Made by a program: the position numbers and the translations under genes. Positions 1-14,347 of a DNA stretch of 64,000 nucleotides are shown here, one piece after another. Position 1 is the stretch's first letter. Every line of letters begins with the position of its first letter. The DNA comes from Haliotis cracherodii (taxonomy: Eukaryota): NCBI RefSeq assembly GCF_022045235.1, contig NW_027266308.1:51770001-51834000 (forward strand), given 5' to 3'. The notes beneath the pieces were generated by a model. The model was not told the origin of the DNA, ran no database searches, and saw only the letters and a program-made list of their open reading frames with translations.

Positions 1-304
1 CTTGTAGTTAATTGTAGCAATGTGGTATTTTAGGCTATAAATAATCATGAAAGGTCAGCACAATGTATGAGACAAAGGTGCATCTTCTATCTACTATGGT
101 GAGCTAGGGTGTCACAAATGCAACCTTTATCATCTATCATTCTATAAGCATGATAACAACAAAATTAATAATTCACTTCATAATTCTTGAATACATTTGC
201 ATAAATGAAACTCTTACCACATATTAAGTCTGCAGGTAAAGCAAGATTCAATGGGCAGTTATTAACAGTCCCTTTCTTTGCTAAAATAAAACATAGTTCC
301 TTAC

Positions 305-433
305 TTGTCTGTGAAGCAGACGGTTGCCTTGGCGATGTGAGGGAAGGGGACGTCCATAGAGAACTGGATGATGGCCTGCACCGTGCCAGACAGAACCAGT
401 TCCTGTATGACCATGTCAAAGCCAACATTCACC
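305..433 (-). CDS. SMP-domain gene exon 5 (VNVGFDMVIQELVLSGTVQAIIQFSMDVPFPHIAKATVCFTD); gene continues left of the window
   Basis: Acceptor ggcag and donor AA|GTAAGG. 129 nt, phase 2 to 2. The L-S-G-x-V...P-F-P-x-I...V-x-F pattern is SMP-like. Confidence 0.82.
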
Positions 434-1013
434 CTGCCATGGAGAGAAACACTGTATACAGTCCTGGAGCTAAGTATTAGAGTTTTCACCCTGTCATGGA
501 GGGATATTCCTGCAATATGAGCTCATGTTCACAGCAGTGCAAATTTACCTAAATCATTTACTAGCCCGAATAGTGATAACATATATCAGGATACCCCTTG
601 AGTTAGCAAGTAGAATTTACCATCACTTTGAACAGTACTTTAGTAATATCACAGCAAGTCAGTTTAATGTTTGAGGAAAGCCGAAAGTGTTGCAGGTCTT
701 AGACATTCACTGTTTTAGTGAAACCCAACAACAATGGTATGGTGCTGACAAACCCAAAATCATAATCAGGGCAAATCTGGGATTTAAACCCACAATCATA
801 TGGGCCAAGGGGCACAACTCTTCACAGTAAATTGCATCGCCTTTGATAAAAGGGCTTTCCATGGAAACAAATATTGGTGATTGGATGGCCTAAACATAAT
901 TTTGCTTCTATTTTTAATGCAGCCCTCCAAATTTAGACTAGATGCATGTTCAAGCTAATAATTTCACACCAGGGTTTCATATTATGCATGAGTATCACTT
1001 TCATCACAATCTG

Positions 1014-1168
1014 AGCCTAGTGGTTAAAGCGTTCACTCGTCATGCCAAAGACCCGGGTTCGATTCCCGACATGGGTACAATGCGTGAAACCCATTTCTGG
1101 TGTCCCCTGCCGTGATATTGCTGGAATATTGCTAAATTCAGGGTAAAACCATACTCACTCACTCACTC
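1014..1168 (+). mobile_element. SINE family A
   Basis: Matches 20141-20306, slightly 5'-truncated. Confidence 0.85.
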
Positions 1169-1930
1169 AGTATTGACATATTCAACTGACCATGCTAAAC
1201 ATATTTACTGCTTCTTCTTTATCTTTATCAGCTAAGTACTTATTCAGCTGACTATACTGAATGTTTTGTCCCTACTGTGCAGGCTTCCTCCCAGGTGTAT
1301 TGCACAGATGTGGATGGTAAACAAGCTATAGCATCCCTGTATGTAAATCAGTCAATGCAGCGATGTGGAACATCCTGTGTTATATCCCAGAGAATCAGTA
1401 TGCATCAGCAGTTGCCGGGGACAACAATCAATATCTGTAACAGGTCACGATGTGACCATTTATCACATGAGCAGGATGTACAGCCAATGTGATAGAGGAC
1501 AAAATGGATCAGCAATTAAGCTCCCAGTAAACTCATGAGCTCCAGATACTGATAGCCTCACCACTTACCATAAACCCCTACTAATCTAAGCAATAACATC
1601 TACATTAACAATAACAGAAATCTAATTTGAATTTTTGCCTTATCTTTTGAATTCATGAAAGCTAATAATTTTTTTTAAACAAATGACTGATATTGATAAA
1701 CAATTATGGAAATTATAGAAATAATAATTGTATTTTGAAAATAGTTCCAATAAGCAAGATGTCATAAATGCAAATATAATGAATTTTTGTACAAAGATAA
1801 TGTACACTAAAGATATGATGACTTGTAAAGATAAGCTTGCATCAACTTGTAAATTATAAAGATTAATAATATGGTTTGTTAATTGCGAAGATTCACAGGC
1901 GACCTTGGCTCCATGTAACCTTGACCTTAC

Positions 1931-2007
1931 CTCTTGCTGCCTACACGTCCACGAAAGATCATCTTGAAGTCCTCACAATGCATCGTCACGTCAGACTCAA
2001 CCACGAC
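1931..2007 (-). CDS. SMP-domain gene exon 4 (VVVESDVTMHCEDFKMIFRGRVGSK)
   Basis: Acceptor cctcag and donor AG|GTAAGG. 77 nt, phase 0 to 2, in frame with neighbours. Confidence 0.8.
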
Positions 2008-2393
2008 CTGAGGATCACAAACACAAACTGCTATTCCACTGCTTTTCTCAATATTGCATAAATTGAACTTTAAGTACAGAAAAAGAGAATTCAAACGAGT
2101 CAGGACCAATACAATACTTGCATCCACCTCTAAGCAGATATTGTAAACATTCTAGGACCCACTGTCTCGGGCTAGCACTTTCTTAAGTGCTGTTTTCCAA
2201 CAAAATTTTGATGATTCTGATGGACTCGAAGGCTGTTGTACTGCATGAGCCTAGCATAAAGATGTATCGTAACTCCGATACCCTAGTGGAACAGGGCTCT
2301 GATTCTGGCAAAGTTATGATGAGCATTTAGTTTTCCATAAGAAACAGAGAATATAACAGGATATGTTGTTAATGTGGGCGAGTCTTTGCTCAC

Positions 2394-2605
2394 TGTTTGT
2401 TTGTTTGTTTGCTGTTTAACACCACACTCAGCAATATTCCAGCCATATGATGGTGGTCTGTAAATAATCGAATCTGGGCCAGACAATCCAGTGATTGACA
2501 TCATGAGCATCAATCTACACGATTGGGATACGATGACAAGCATCAACCAAGTCAGCAAGCCTAACGACCCGATCCCATAAGTCGCCTCTTACGACAAGCA
2601 AAGTC
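2394..2605 (-). mobile_element. Retroposon family B, 5'-truncated
   Basis: Body and (gttt)n tail match the other B copies. Confidence 0.82.
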
Positions 2606-4121
2606 ACTGAATAATGTCCCAACCATAAGCCTTCATCAGTCAACTGCACCACTGCATGTGTGCTAAAACCTTATCCATCACTTACACTCGAGACTCACAA
2701 CACAACTCATGACATGACATATGATCCCAAGCAGAAAAACACTATACTTAGTTTGTTAGGTGTTTATCACTGACGCCCATCACGACCCCCATACAGCTGC
2801 AGTGAGGTGTGCTATGGGAACACATTTGAACAGGTCTAGAAATACCACTGATCTACGGCTCCTCCAACAAAGAAAGACATGAACTGCATGTCCCTGTAAC
2901 ACACCTTAATAGGTTTTCTTCAAATTATCACTGCAAGTATTAATAACCTCATCAATGGATTAACTTCATGAGCACTTAAAGTAATTTATGACTCTTGGAA
3001 GAGGAAACGGGAATATTCTTATTCACAAAAATATCTTATACAAAATACATATTTAAACAATCATCCTAAGATTCATAGGTGGATCACGTGAATCACATCA
3101 TTCACAGTTAACGTACTCAGATTCCCTTTTTTTAAAAAACAATCATATCATAAAAAAATATTTATACTCATGCTCAGGCTGTCTCACATTTTCTAAATAT
3201 CTGGATGAGATCTAAAAAGTAATTCAACGCCCGTCGGAAAGAGTAACTGCCTTTTATCAAAGGGAATCTACTCTAACCTTAGGCTATGAGAAATCATGTT
3301 GGTTTAGAATCTGCCTGGTCTGTCATAACGTTACGAAGATGTACACACAGTGACAAAATGAAGCAAGGTAACAGTTCAGAAATATTTCAAAATACATATC
3401 TCTAAAGTTGCCAAATCTTGTTAAATGCCTCAGCCGCGTGCCACTTAGACACTGATTTTCAGTATTTTGGACTATTGTTTTGATAACAATTATTATTATC
3501 CCAGTAGTTTCTCCAGATTCCTGATGGTTAATTCTGACTCCATGGCCAGTTGACAAGGGCAACACCATTTTGCTTGAAAGTAGTACCTACATGACCTTTC
3601 ACAACATGAAATCTTTATCCTATATAACCCATATTGATATAGTTTTTATCCATTGGCTTTATCCTGCTAAGAAAACTATTTATTATATGATAAAGCAATA
3701 TCTCCAAAGAGATATGGCAACAATGAAATTGCATCACAATGCTTTGCAAACCATTGTGACATCATCATTATCATGATGTCACAATCAAATGACACCACTA
3801 ATCTCTCTGCTACTGAAACTAGTTGGCTGGACTAGTTACACTCAAGACACAGGATACTACAGTTTACAAACCGAAACAGCTGGAAAATGATTTTGGATGA
3901 TAAATAGAATCTCACCCTCATATATTACAAGCTCAAATATACGAAGACTTGTTGATAAAAAGTAACAATATCCTCAGGCAGCTTCAGATATTCTACCAAC
4001 TCATCATGATATATTTGATCTCGGAAGACACTTGCGTGAGATTCTCGAGTATCCCACGGTAGACACTTGTTCCTGCCACTCTCCGCTGAGCTTCTCTCCA
4101 CTAGACTTAATGCCCACTGAC

Positions 4122-4285
4122 CTGGTAGGTGGACATATTGTCCAGTCCTTTGGGTGGTTGGTTGACGTTGAACCAGGTACAAGGCTTGTGCCCTCCAGGG
4201 ACTCCCTCCGAAAACTCAAACACTCGGACATTGCGGATGTGCGGTGTCTGCTCGCCCACGTTAAAGGTTGTTAAGGCAAGGCTTT
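4122..4285 (-). CDS. SMP-domain gene exon 3 (ESLALTTFNVGEQTPHIRNVRVF...STYQ)
   Basis: Acceptor tttcag and donor CAG|GTCAGT. 164 nt, phase 1 to 0. Matches the SMP F-x-L/V-G-x-x-x-P-x-I-x-x-V motif. Confidence 0.85.
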
Positions 4286-4544
4286 CTGAAACACAAGCAT
4301 ACAGGCATGACATCACTGCAGACAACAAGTACTGATATTACTCATGTTTAGTTGCTCAATACCAAACATGAATTTACTGGCGCAGAGAGGAACCAAAGTG
4401 CCCAGGTTTGTCATTAAAGTCCACTAAAACACTGTGTTTACAATGTGTTGCTGACTGATTCTGTAGTTTCCCAAGGTTTGTTTGGTCCATGGCCTCATTC
4501 CGCAATCCAATCCTAGTGCTACAACTGCCATAACTCTAACATAG

Positions 4545-4770
4545 TGAGTGAGTGAGTGAGTGAGTGAGTGAGTGAGTGAGTTGGGTTAAAGCCACATATA
4601 ACAGTATTCCATTTATATCACGGCATGTCAACTTAGTGTGGGAGGAAAGCCTGAAGTGATGCAGGTCTCAGACGTTTACCACTTCGGTGAAACCCACGAG
4701 CCCGGGTATGGTGCTGATAAACCTAGGAACATAATTGGGGCGAACCAGGACTCAAACCCACAATCATAGG
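4545..4770 (-). mobile_element. SINE-like family D with (gagt)n tail
   Basis: ggaaagcctgaagtg.tgcaggtct.agac...gtatggtgctga.aaacctag shared with about 600-810, 5020-5200 and 7530-7730. A more diverged + copy lies near 45205-45376. Confidence 0.72.
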
Positions 4771-5832
4771 TTTAGAAGTTTAGTGTCCTTTGGTGCGCAC
4801 CGACGTTCTTTAGTACACATTGTTCTTTCTTTTCATATGATGTCTTTACTTAACATTTGACTATTGTATTGCATACTTCTGTCCCTTATTTCAACTTTCT
4901 ATTTTTTTACCAAATGGCCACCCATACATTACGCAACTGTAATAATGGTGACTACAAACAACTTTCCGTCATTCACTCACTCATCATCTATAGATATAAC
5001 AGTTGAGTGTTCCTCCACTCTGAACAGGATTTCAGTACTATCATGGCATGACAGCTATTGATTGAGGAAAGCCTGAAGTGACGCTGATCGTAGACAACCC
5101 CACTGAGCTAAAGTATGGTGCTGACAAACCTAGGATCATAATCAGGGCGAATGTGAAATCAAACCCATGATACACGCAAAACCAAAGGACCCAACTCTGC
5201 ACACGATATTTTGGTATAGATCGTAACCATGGTGACAAACAAACCAAACAAATCAGCATGTAATTCAAATATTAGCTGTAATCCACTAAAATACATTGTG
5301 AGGCCTGGATGGTTGCCGTCAATCACCGATTACATGTATTATAGCTCAGGCTCTCAATTCATTACAAGATGTGCAATAATCTTTCTGTCACTCACTCACT
5401 CATTGTATGTGTTAAAGTCATCCATATGCACTAGGTGGTGACAAAGTAGACACAACTGATGGATAACAATTTCTTTCTTTAATGTACTATACATTTCGGT
5501 ATGGACCCTTATGCCCTTGTCAAGCAAGGAATTATGGTGTACATTAAAGAAGTGTTCTCCATAAATTGTGTCTTCTTTGTCATCCGTCAACATCTAAGGA
5601 ATGCCCAAACTATGTGGGGTGTTGCATTGTGTATAGTTCATTTGGTTTGAGTCTTGCTGTGTGCAGACATGTTGTGACAGCTGAAGAAGAAGCCATTGCT
5701 GCATTACCCTTGATATGACAGTGGAATGACATGAACTGAACAGACCAAACTAACTATACTCCTCCCTGTTACATGTGAACAGTTTCTGCAGTCTGTTAGC
5801 ATAATCAGCATTCCTTACATGATTAATGTTAT

Positions 5833-6203
5833 GGGTAGAATAGGTCTTCAGCAACCCATGCTTGCCATAAAAGGGGACTATGCTTGTCGTAAAAGGGGAC
5901 TATGCTTGTCGTAAGAGGCGACTAACGGGATCAGGTGTTCAGGCTTGCTGACTTGGTTGATATATGACATCGTATCCCAATTGCATAGATGCTCATGATA
6001 TCAATCACTGGGTTTAACGCCGCCCTAAGCAATATTCCAGCTATATGATGGCGGTCTGTAAAATAATCGAATCTGGACAAGACAATCCAGTGATTGATAT
6101 CAAGAGCATCGATCCACGCAATTTGGATCGATGGCATGCATCAACCAAGGCAGCGAGCCTGACCACCCAATCCCATTAGTCGCCTATTACGACAAGCATA
6201 GTC
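5833..6203. mobile_element. Inverted fusion of two family B copies (+ 5833-6011, - 6012-6203)
   Basis: About 5878-6011 is complementary to about 6087-6203. Confidence 0.8.
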
Positions 6204-9200
6204 ACCTGATGAGAGAATTAATGCATTAGTCAACAATATTTCAGAGAATTAACGCATTAGTCATCAATATTTCAGTCATAATAAGATGGCCTGTAAATAA
6301 TCAAATCTGGGCGAGGCAAACCATTGGTTGATTTCACAAGCATTGCACATTATCTCAGCTACCAAATGCCAGCAAGACAGTTCCGACTTCATGCATGGGA
6401 CACTGGGGAGTGGACACCTGGAGTGGACACCAGGAAGTTATTCTGCCCCAGAATCCCCAAAGGACAATTATCCATGTCCAACTGCACTACCATAACACAT
6501 GTGATAAAATTGTCAAAGCAAACCCAGACCGCACACAAAAACAGCTGACTTTGTGTTGACATAACTGTGTTGTCTAAAATACCCCATCAAACCCTTCCAG
6601 TATGTCAACAGATATTTTAAACCATATTTATAAACATCAAAGTGATAGGCAAGTAGCTAATATATAGAGAGCTGGAACAGTGATAGCACTAGATGCAAAA
6701 ACAGATGCAACACCCCACTGTAATCAGCAGTTAATTAACAACAAAATTATAAGCCCTTCCTGGTTGTCTGGTTAAAAATCCATGTATTTTAAACCATGTT
6801 TTAAAATCTGACCTCTAGTAACAATGACCTTATGTAAAAAATTACCAAAACTTTGATACAATTCAGACCACACCTGATCAAAAGCCAATCATACTTTTTT
6901 AATAATCGCCAGTTCACACTAAGTGACCTTGACCTTAAATGCCATCTAATCACATGCAAAAACATAACTTGTTGCACACTTAGATTGTATTACAAATATA
7001 AAGTCTCTATACCACACTGATAAAACTTTCTGAATAAAACAATTTAAAGGTAATTTCATGAGTGATTGACCTTCAAAGTGACCTTTACATTTGACACAAC
7101 CATGACATATTACAGGCATGGAGTTCATATTGATAGTCTGTCATAAATGATTGGAAAATGTACAGATTAGTTAGTCGCCTCTTACGAGAAGCATGGGTTC
7201 TGGAAGCCCTATTCTACCCCGAATCCTGGTGACCTTGACCTCACACATATGTCACTAAAAGGGGATCAAGAACCTGCCTGAGAAATCATGATTACCAAAT
7301 TTCATTAAATTCCATTCATAAATACACACATTCTCGGGTCCACATGCTTTTACAATGTCTATTTTTGTCACTCGTGACCTTGACCTTCAATGTCGTAAAA
7401 TCAGAATTCCCCAGGGGTATATGAGAGGTATTTCAGGCATGTAATGTAACATCCATCACTAGCTCACAGTTAAGGAAACCAATTGCAGCGGCGGTACAGG
7501 GACCTGCTTAATAAGAATAACAAATTATTTGAGTGAGTGAGTTGGGTTTAATACCACTTTTAACAGTATTCCAGTCATATCATAGTGTATCAGCTTGACG
7601 TGGAAGGAAAGCCCGAAGAGATGCAGGTCCCCGATGCTTACCACTTCATTGAAACCCACAAACACAGGTATGGTGCTGACAACCTAGAAACATAATCGGG
7701 GCGAACTGGGATTCTAACCCACAATCATAGGTTTCTGGCGTGGATGGCAGAAATCCATTAACATTTGTCATAGATATTGTTTTTAAAACTTCTAAAAAGT
7801 TTTAATAACTTTCATGTGACCTCTCAGCTCATTCATATTGACCAATTTGGCTGACTGAAATTCTTTCATGATTAACATGATTAATAATCCATAAATTAAA
7901 ATATCCATCACTATATATACACTATATATATCACTATATATATATATATATTTATATACACATGTATATGAATCAGGAACCAACTACTTTAACACATGCA
8001 CATGGATTTATATAACTTTTTACATTTATTTTACATTTTACACAAAACGCACAAGATGAATCCACTAGTACGAAGCCTGAGTCTAGTAAAAGTCAGATCA
8101 GTCTAGCAAGCTGAGCTAATAATAGTTCATATAATAACACTAAAGTCTACAGCAAATGATGTTATGAGCCATGTTTGCACAAGTAGATTAAAAGATTTTG
8201 GCACAGACTGCTTACACAGATAAAAGTATACACCTGACTTTCTACAACCTATACTATATAGTGTTGGATATAAAAGAAAATGCCATGCTGCCATCTGGAC
8301 CCACAGACTTTAGAAGCTGCAGGCCCAAACTAAGTTCTTTAGGCCCTCATTCGAAACACTGCAGCTTACTGTGACAAATAAATCAACACATAAACTTACT
8401 GCCGGTGATAAGGAACCTTATAAACCTCATGTGACATCAGCCTATTGTTCTAGTCGGGTTATATCTCACAAACAGGGATGTTATAATATCCCCAGGATTT
8501 GTTATAATATCCTTGGGATTTTATATAATACAACTTCCGTTTAGATTGTAACATAAGAATGTTTCTCGTTGGAAACTTATTTTGAATTTGAACACAATGT
8601 AATGAAATGTAGAATCAAATGACAAATGTTTTCTAAATATTCCCGAGGATAGTACCGCATGCCAGCAACAGATATTTTATGTCTGTTTTCTAATATTTGT
8701 GGAAAGTATGTTTGAAACATAAAAATTTGGATAAATATTGTTTTAAGTTGGGTTTTTTCGGTTTATAAGTTAGATAAAACATTTTTCCTTGGGTATTTAT
8801 GTTATTTAAAAACTTTAACCCACAGATGTGGGTTTTCAATATGATAAAAACACTCAATCGTACTTTATCCTACACATACAAATTTGAAACTACAAGCTTA
8901 ACACAAGATGTACCTGCCACAACCCTACAGTAGGCGCTTATTTGGAACACTGACCATGTGCACCAGTAGTTGTATCTGAAATGTTGGAGTTATCATGACA
9001 ATGCTGGAATATTGCTTACTGCAATGTAGAACAACCCACTCTCATTCACTCATTGTCAAACTGTGTTCACTCATTCAATCAATACGTCTACAGCAAATTA
9101 CATCAAATGATTGATGATATCAGATACAGAGAAAACATCACAACTAAATTGCCAAATGGAAAATGGAACAATAGCCCATATGCTGTCAAGATGTGACAAT

Positions 9201-9946
9201 GAAGGTATTATATAATCATTTTCAATTGATGCAGCCACACAAGGCTGAATAGAATGTGCAGGTACAGAACAGCTGATGTATGCTGCAACATAGTACTATT
9301 AATAGTTGTTTCAGGAAACTAGCATGTCAGCTGTATTCAAGGCAGCCATTAGTATCCATCATGTGCAATACTGTCCTACTTTCAACATTTCATGTATCTA
9401 CTCCAGCTCTCCCCAATAATTGGGAAACGTGTATATTTGAATTAATCCGAAATGTTGTTTAATTTGATCCATGTTTCATAATTTGACCTGGAAGGACATT
9501 AACCTTATACAAAGATGTGATAAAGGAGGTGGTCACTCTGTTGAGTTGACTAGCTCAACTTGTCCATATGCAACATCTTCATAGGCTTGAATGTTAATGT
9601 ATGGACAGTAAGAACTGTACTAGGCTGTGGCTTTATGCTGAGTGGCTCTGTATATTTAAATCACTGTTTTCTTCACTTTCTTCTATAGATTCAAACTGCA
9701 TACAAAGGAAAAACCATGATAAAAGTCACCTGGTCATACCATTAATTTTGAACATTTATCCATGAACAACAGTAACTACTCATTCAAAAAATTAAATTAC
9801 TTTTTACCTCAACTTTTACCTGTCTTTTAACACAACTAATTCTACTTTCTTACCTTATGCTAAACATTCCTGCCAATGGTTAACAACATTAATTTAGTGG
9901 TCTTTTGAATCTTCTCATCCCAGCTGTTCTTTGGATATCATTTTAA

Positions 9947-10110
9947 GTGAGTGAGTGAGTGAGTGAGTATGGTTTTACGCCGCTTTTAGAAATATTCTAG
10001 CAATATTTCACCAGAAATGGACTTCACACATTGTACCCATGTCGGGAATCGAATACCGATCTTTGGCGTGACGAGTGAACACTCTGACCACTAGGCTACC
10101 CGACCGCCCC
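9947..10110 (-). mobile_element. SINE family A
   Basis: (gagt)n tail, TSD tcattttaagt. Confidence 0.85.
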
Positions 10111-10927
10111 TCATTTTAAGTAAACATGCATCGTTATGAGCTGACCTAATCAGATTTCGGACTAGTGTATAGTATGACTCTATTATCGCAGGCTCTATAT
10201 AATCACTGTATCGATAAATCTCAAAATCCACATACCCTGAGCTTTCACTATCTAAGCACGATATTTCATCATTTGATTGAATACAGGACTCCTTGCGGTA
10301 TGTCACGGCTTCTTGTAACTATACACGTTAACTTTAAATGATAGTTTCTGGAAAGTTTTTTATAAGAGGAATTACCTCTACCTCCATTCGTAAATGGTCA
10401 GAAAAGAGCCCATTTGTTTGGACAATGTTCCTTGGCCCAAGCTAAGTCGTAGGCATACTGATTATGCATGATCCAAAACAGGAAGTGATGTAAACCACAT
10501 AATCCACACATATCACACCACAAAATAGTGATAACGCAAGTCAGTAACAATAATAAGTGCATTTATAATGCGCCTGATTCCATTCACCAAGTAGATGCTC
10601 ATGGCGCTACACTATTATTATTGTCTGCCCTTGACTCGCTAATGACAGGTACTTTGTTTTCCGAACTCCGTCAAGAAAATCAATCAATCCTAATTGATGT
10701 GTCCTAAAAGTTGAACAAAGAATAAGAAACAGTTTGCGCATGAAATATTTAATAGGTTAATAAGGGTTCCCCATTACTTTCCATCATAAATTAACTAGAG
10801 CAATAATTTTGCGTACCATGCATCAAGCCAAAGACTGCATAAGGAAGGCAGATATAATGAAACAAATTCAGAAACATGGACTTTATTCTGATGGTTTTAT
10901 AACAAAATTATCTGCCACAATAAACTA

Positions 10928-11106
10928 CAGTAAACTATGGTTATAACGAACTCAGAGGGACCACTAATTTCAGTTTGTTATAATATAACCGTTGTTCATT
11001 ATAACCATATATACAGCATCTACACAGCAAATTGAGGAGACAAAAATCTAGTTTGTTATATCCGTCAGTTCGTTATAAATGTGTTCACTATAAACATAGT
11101 TTACTG
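10928..11106. mobile_element. pogo/Tigger-like MITE
   Basis: TIR cagtaaactatg / catagtttactg, TA TSD. Confidence 0.82.
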
Positions 11107-11752
11107 TACTTGCAAGCTCACTCAAACAAATGTGACAGCTATCCTTAAATATTTTCCTGTTTGCCAGTATGTTATCATTATTGCAGAGGGTGATCATTTT
11201 ACCTCAGGGGGCCCCTAACATATCAGCACTACCTGCAACAAACACCCACACTCACAGTGATCCCCCGCATTTGGCCGTCATCACACTGAGACAAGCCTAC
11301 TATTGCAACAGTGGGACAATCAGCACAGCCCATGAGGCAAAAGGCACATACTCCATATACCAACTGCCACCTCGGGGTGACCCACTTTGCTAACCAATAC
11401 ATATACCGAGTGTGGATGTGTTTACTTACAGCACTATAACCTGACCTTTTTACAGAGATATAAAATACTTCGTGCCTTGATTTACCAAAATCAAACCTAG
11501 TACATGACCAGTATTTCGCAACCTCTTACAACAGTGGTAGAGGTATGGAACGACATGCCAACTCATAGGTCTTATTTTTTTTATTTAGGACAAATTATTT
11601 ATGGACATTCTTAAACCAAAAGACAAAAGCATGTGTTGACAGTTTTAATAACTAGCAGATAGCGAATAAACAACTGGTCTAAGATGTACCATTATGTGAA
11701 AAATGCACTGGACCCAATCACCACTAAAGCTTCTTTTCCTAAATGAGAATTA

Positions 11753-12085
11753 CCGTATTCGACATAATAAGCACCCTGGGAACTCTCAAAATTAGAAATA
11801 GGGGGCTCTTATTAGAATATTATTTTGGTGAAACAGACAGAGTTGAAAGATAAATTTCGTGGTTTATGCTGACAGCCTGAATTGTTTATATATGACAGAT
11901 ATATTTTTCCAGAATTTAACTGACCATAATTAAGGGTGCATATAACATACAAGTGTGTATAATATACGCCATTAAATAAGTCTTGTGTACGTTGATAAAT
12001 CGGAAGGTGTGCTAATTGGGATTGTTCACTAGCCAATATATTAGCAAATATTGCCGTGAGCGGGCTCTTATTACGTCGAATATGG
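11753..12085. mobile_element. Tc2-like MITE
   Basis: TIR ccgtattcgac / gtcgaatatgg, TA TSD. Inverted homologue at 32318-32663. Confidence 0.85.
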
Positions 12086-12921
12086 TATTACTATTTTGCT
12101 TGAATCTAGTTCTTTCCAGCAGGAAGTGCATATCAAATCTCGACTGGAAAACAATTTTGTTAGTATCAACATAATCAACCACAAACAGTAATAACAAAAA
12201 AAAAAAAGTGAGAGGCTTTTTCACATGGACAAAATAATACGTTCCAAAGTTCAAAGAAAGACACCATAAAAAAGCATGCAGTGACTGATTTATTGTCTTT
12301 TTTTCTAAATTACTAGTCAAACAAGCTTTGTAAGTCCTCACACGCTTTTACTGTACTTCACAGGTTCATGTCGCGATCATAACTCTTAAAGTCAGACTTG
12401 CAAATCTTAAAAAAATGTTCGGCTACATTAAGCTTCATAATGAGTCATATACACACAGTGTCATAAAAGTGGAACTGTCACTGTCTCGACTGGCCACGCT
12501 GGAGTAAAAGGAACTTTTTTCAAAAGTGGAGTAGAATATAATATATTATTAAGACAACTGCCCCCTATCATTGAGTAACAAACACAAGCAACGATGATAT
12601 TCTCTCATGGTAATATAGAGATAATATACACTAGATCTGCATGCTTCACCAGATACATGTTATGAGTGTTAGAACAGTATTGGTAAGTTCAGCTCACAAA
12701 AAGGCTTTGTAGACAACTGATCATTCAGAACTGACGGAATCGTATATCCAATATATCAAGAAACAATGTTGTGTTCAGTGTTTGGGATCCATACATTAGT
12801 CCATATGCCTCCAGGAGTATTTATCCTTGACACAGTAGGGAACACTTCCTACACTTTCACAGCTCAACACACAGCAGATATGTTGAAGATATCCATCAGC
12901 AAACTACCTGTCAGACTTGCC

Positions 12922-14137
12922 GGTATGTCACGCTACAGATACCTGGTCTGCTACAGGTGTTATGCTCTACCTTCATCTCTGGTAGGTCACGCTACAGATA
13001 CCTGGTCTGCTACAGGTGTTATGCTCTACCTTCATCTCTGGTAGGTCACGCTACAGATACCTGGTCTGCTACAGGTGTTATGCTCTACCTTCATCTCTGG
13101 TAGGTCACGCTACAGATACCTGGTCTGCTACAGGTGTTACACCCTACCTTCATCTCTGGTAGGTCACGCTACAGATACCTGGTCTGCTACAGGTGTTACA
13201 TTCTACCTTCATCTCTGGTAGGTCACGCTACAGATACCTGGTCTGTTACAGGTGTTATGCTCTACCTTCATCTCTGGTAGGTCACGCTACAGATACCTGG
13301 TCTGCTACAGGTGTTACACCCTACCTTCATCTCTGGTATGTCACGCTACAGATACCTGGTCTGCTACAGGTGTTACATTCTACCTTCATCTCTGGTAGGT
13401 CACGCTACAGATACCTGGTCTGCTACAGGTGTTATGCTCTACCTTCATCTCTGGTAGGTCACGCTACAGATACCTGGTCTGCTACAGGTGTTACACCCTA
13501 CCTTCATCTCTGGTATGTCATGCTACAGATACCTGGTCTGCTACAGGTGTTACACTCTACCTTCATCTCTGGTATGTCACGCTACAGATACCTGGTCACG
13601 CTACAGGTGTTACGCTCTACCTTCATCTCTGGTAGGTCACGCTATAGATACCTGGTCCGCTACAGATGTTACACCTTATCTTCATATCTGGTAGGTCACG
13701 CTACAGTTACCTGGTCTGCTACAGGAGTTACAGTCTACCTTCATCTCTGGTAGGTCATGCTACAGTTACCTGGTCATGCTACAGATACCTGGTCTGCTTC
13801 AGGTGTTACGCTCTACCTTCATCTCTGGTAGGTCATCTTCAGTTATCTGGTCACGGTACAGTTACCTGGTCTGCTACAGGTCTTCCACCCTACGTTCATC
13901 TCTGGTAGGTCATGCTACAGTTATCTGGTCACGCTACAGATACCTGGTCTGCTTCAGGTGTTACGCTCTACCTTCATCTCTGGTATCTCATGCTACAGTT
14001 ACCTGGTCTGCTGCAGGTGTTACGCTCTACCTTCATCTCTGGTAGGTCACGCTACAGTTATCTGGTCACGCTACAGTTACCTGGTCTGCTGCAGATGTTA
14101 CACTCTACCTTCATCTCCGGTATGTCACACTACAGAT
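12922..14137. repeat. 59-bp minisatellite, about 20 unit-equivalents, degenerating 3'-ward
   Basis: Unit gtcacgctacagatacctggtctgctacaggtgttatgctctaccttcatctctggtag. Confidence 0.95.
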
Positions 14138-14347
14138 AAATGTTCCAACACATGGCATTTAAATTATTTAAATCACAGCCACTCCGACACAATATATTCC
14201 AACTCTTGTCTCCACTTATATTTGCTGTATCCTAGGGTACTACACAGGTCTAAGTTTCCACATGTAGATCACAACACAACGGCATTACTGATACCCAGTT
14301 TATTCTATTGCCTACAGATCTAGTGGTTAAGGTTCAAATCCTCATGA

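Noticed and set aside
4004-4274. ORFs 4004-4231 (-) and 4032-4274 (+)
   Set aside because: They are alternative frames over the real SMP exon 4122-4285.
6920-7390. TGACCTTGACC nuclear-receptor-like direct repeats (also near 1916 and 23701)
   Set aside because: This motif is common in decayed mollusc Helentron-type repeats, and there is no independent evidence of regulatory function.
12766-14323. Overlapping ORFs of up to 186 aa with repeated peptides
   Set aside because: They are a by-product of the 59-bp minisatellite. The unit is not a multiple of 3, so the same peptides appear in all frames.
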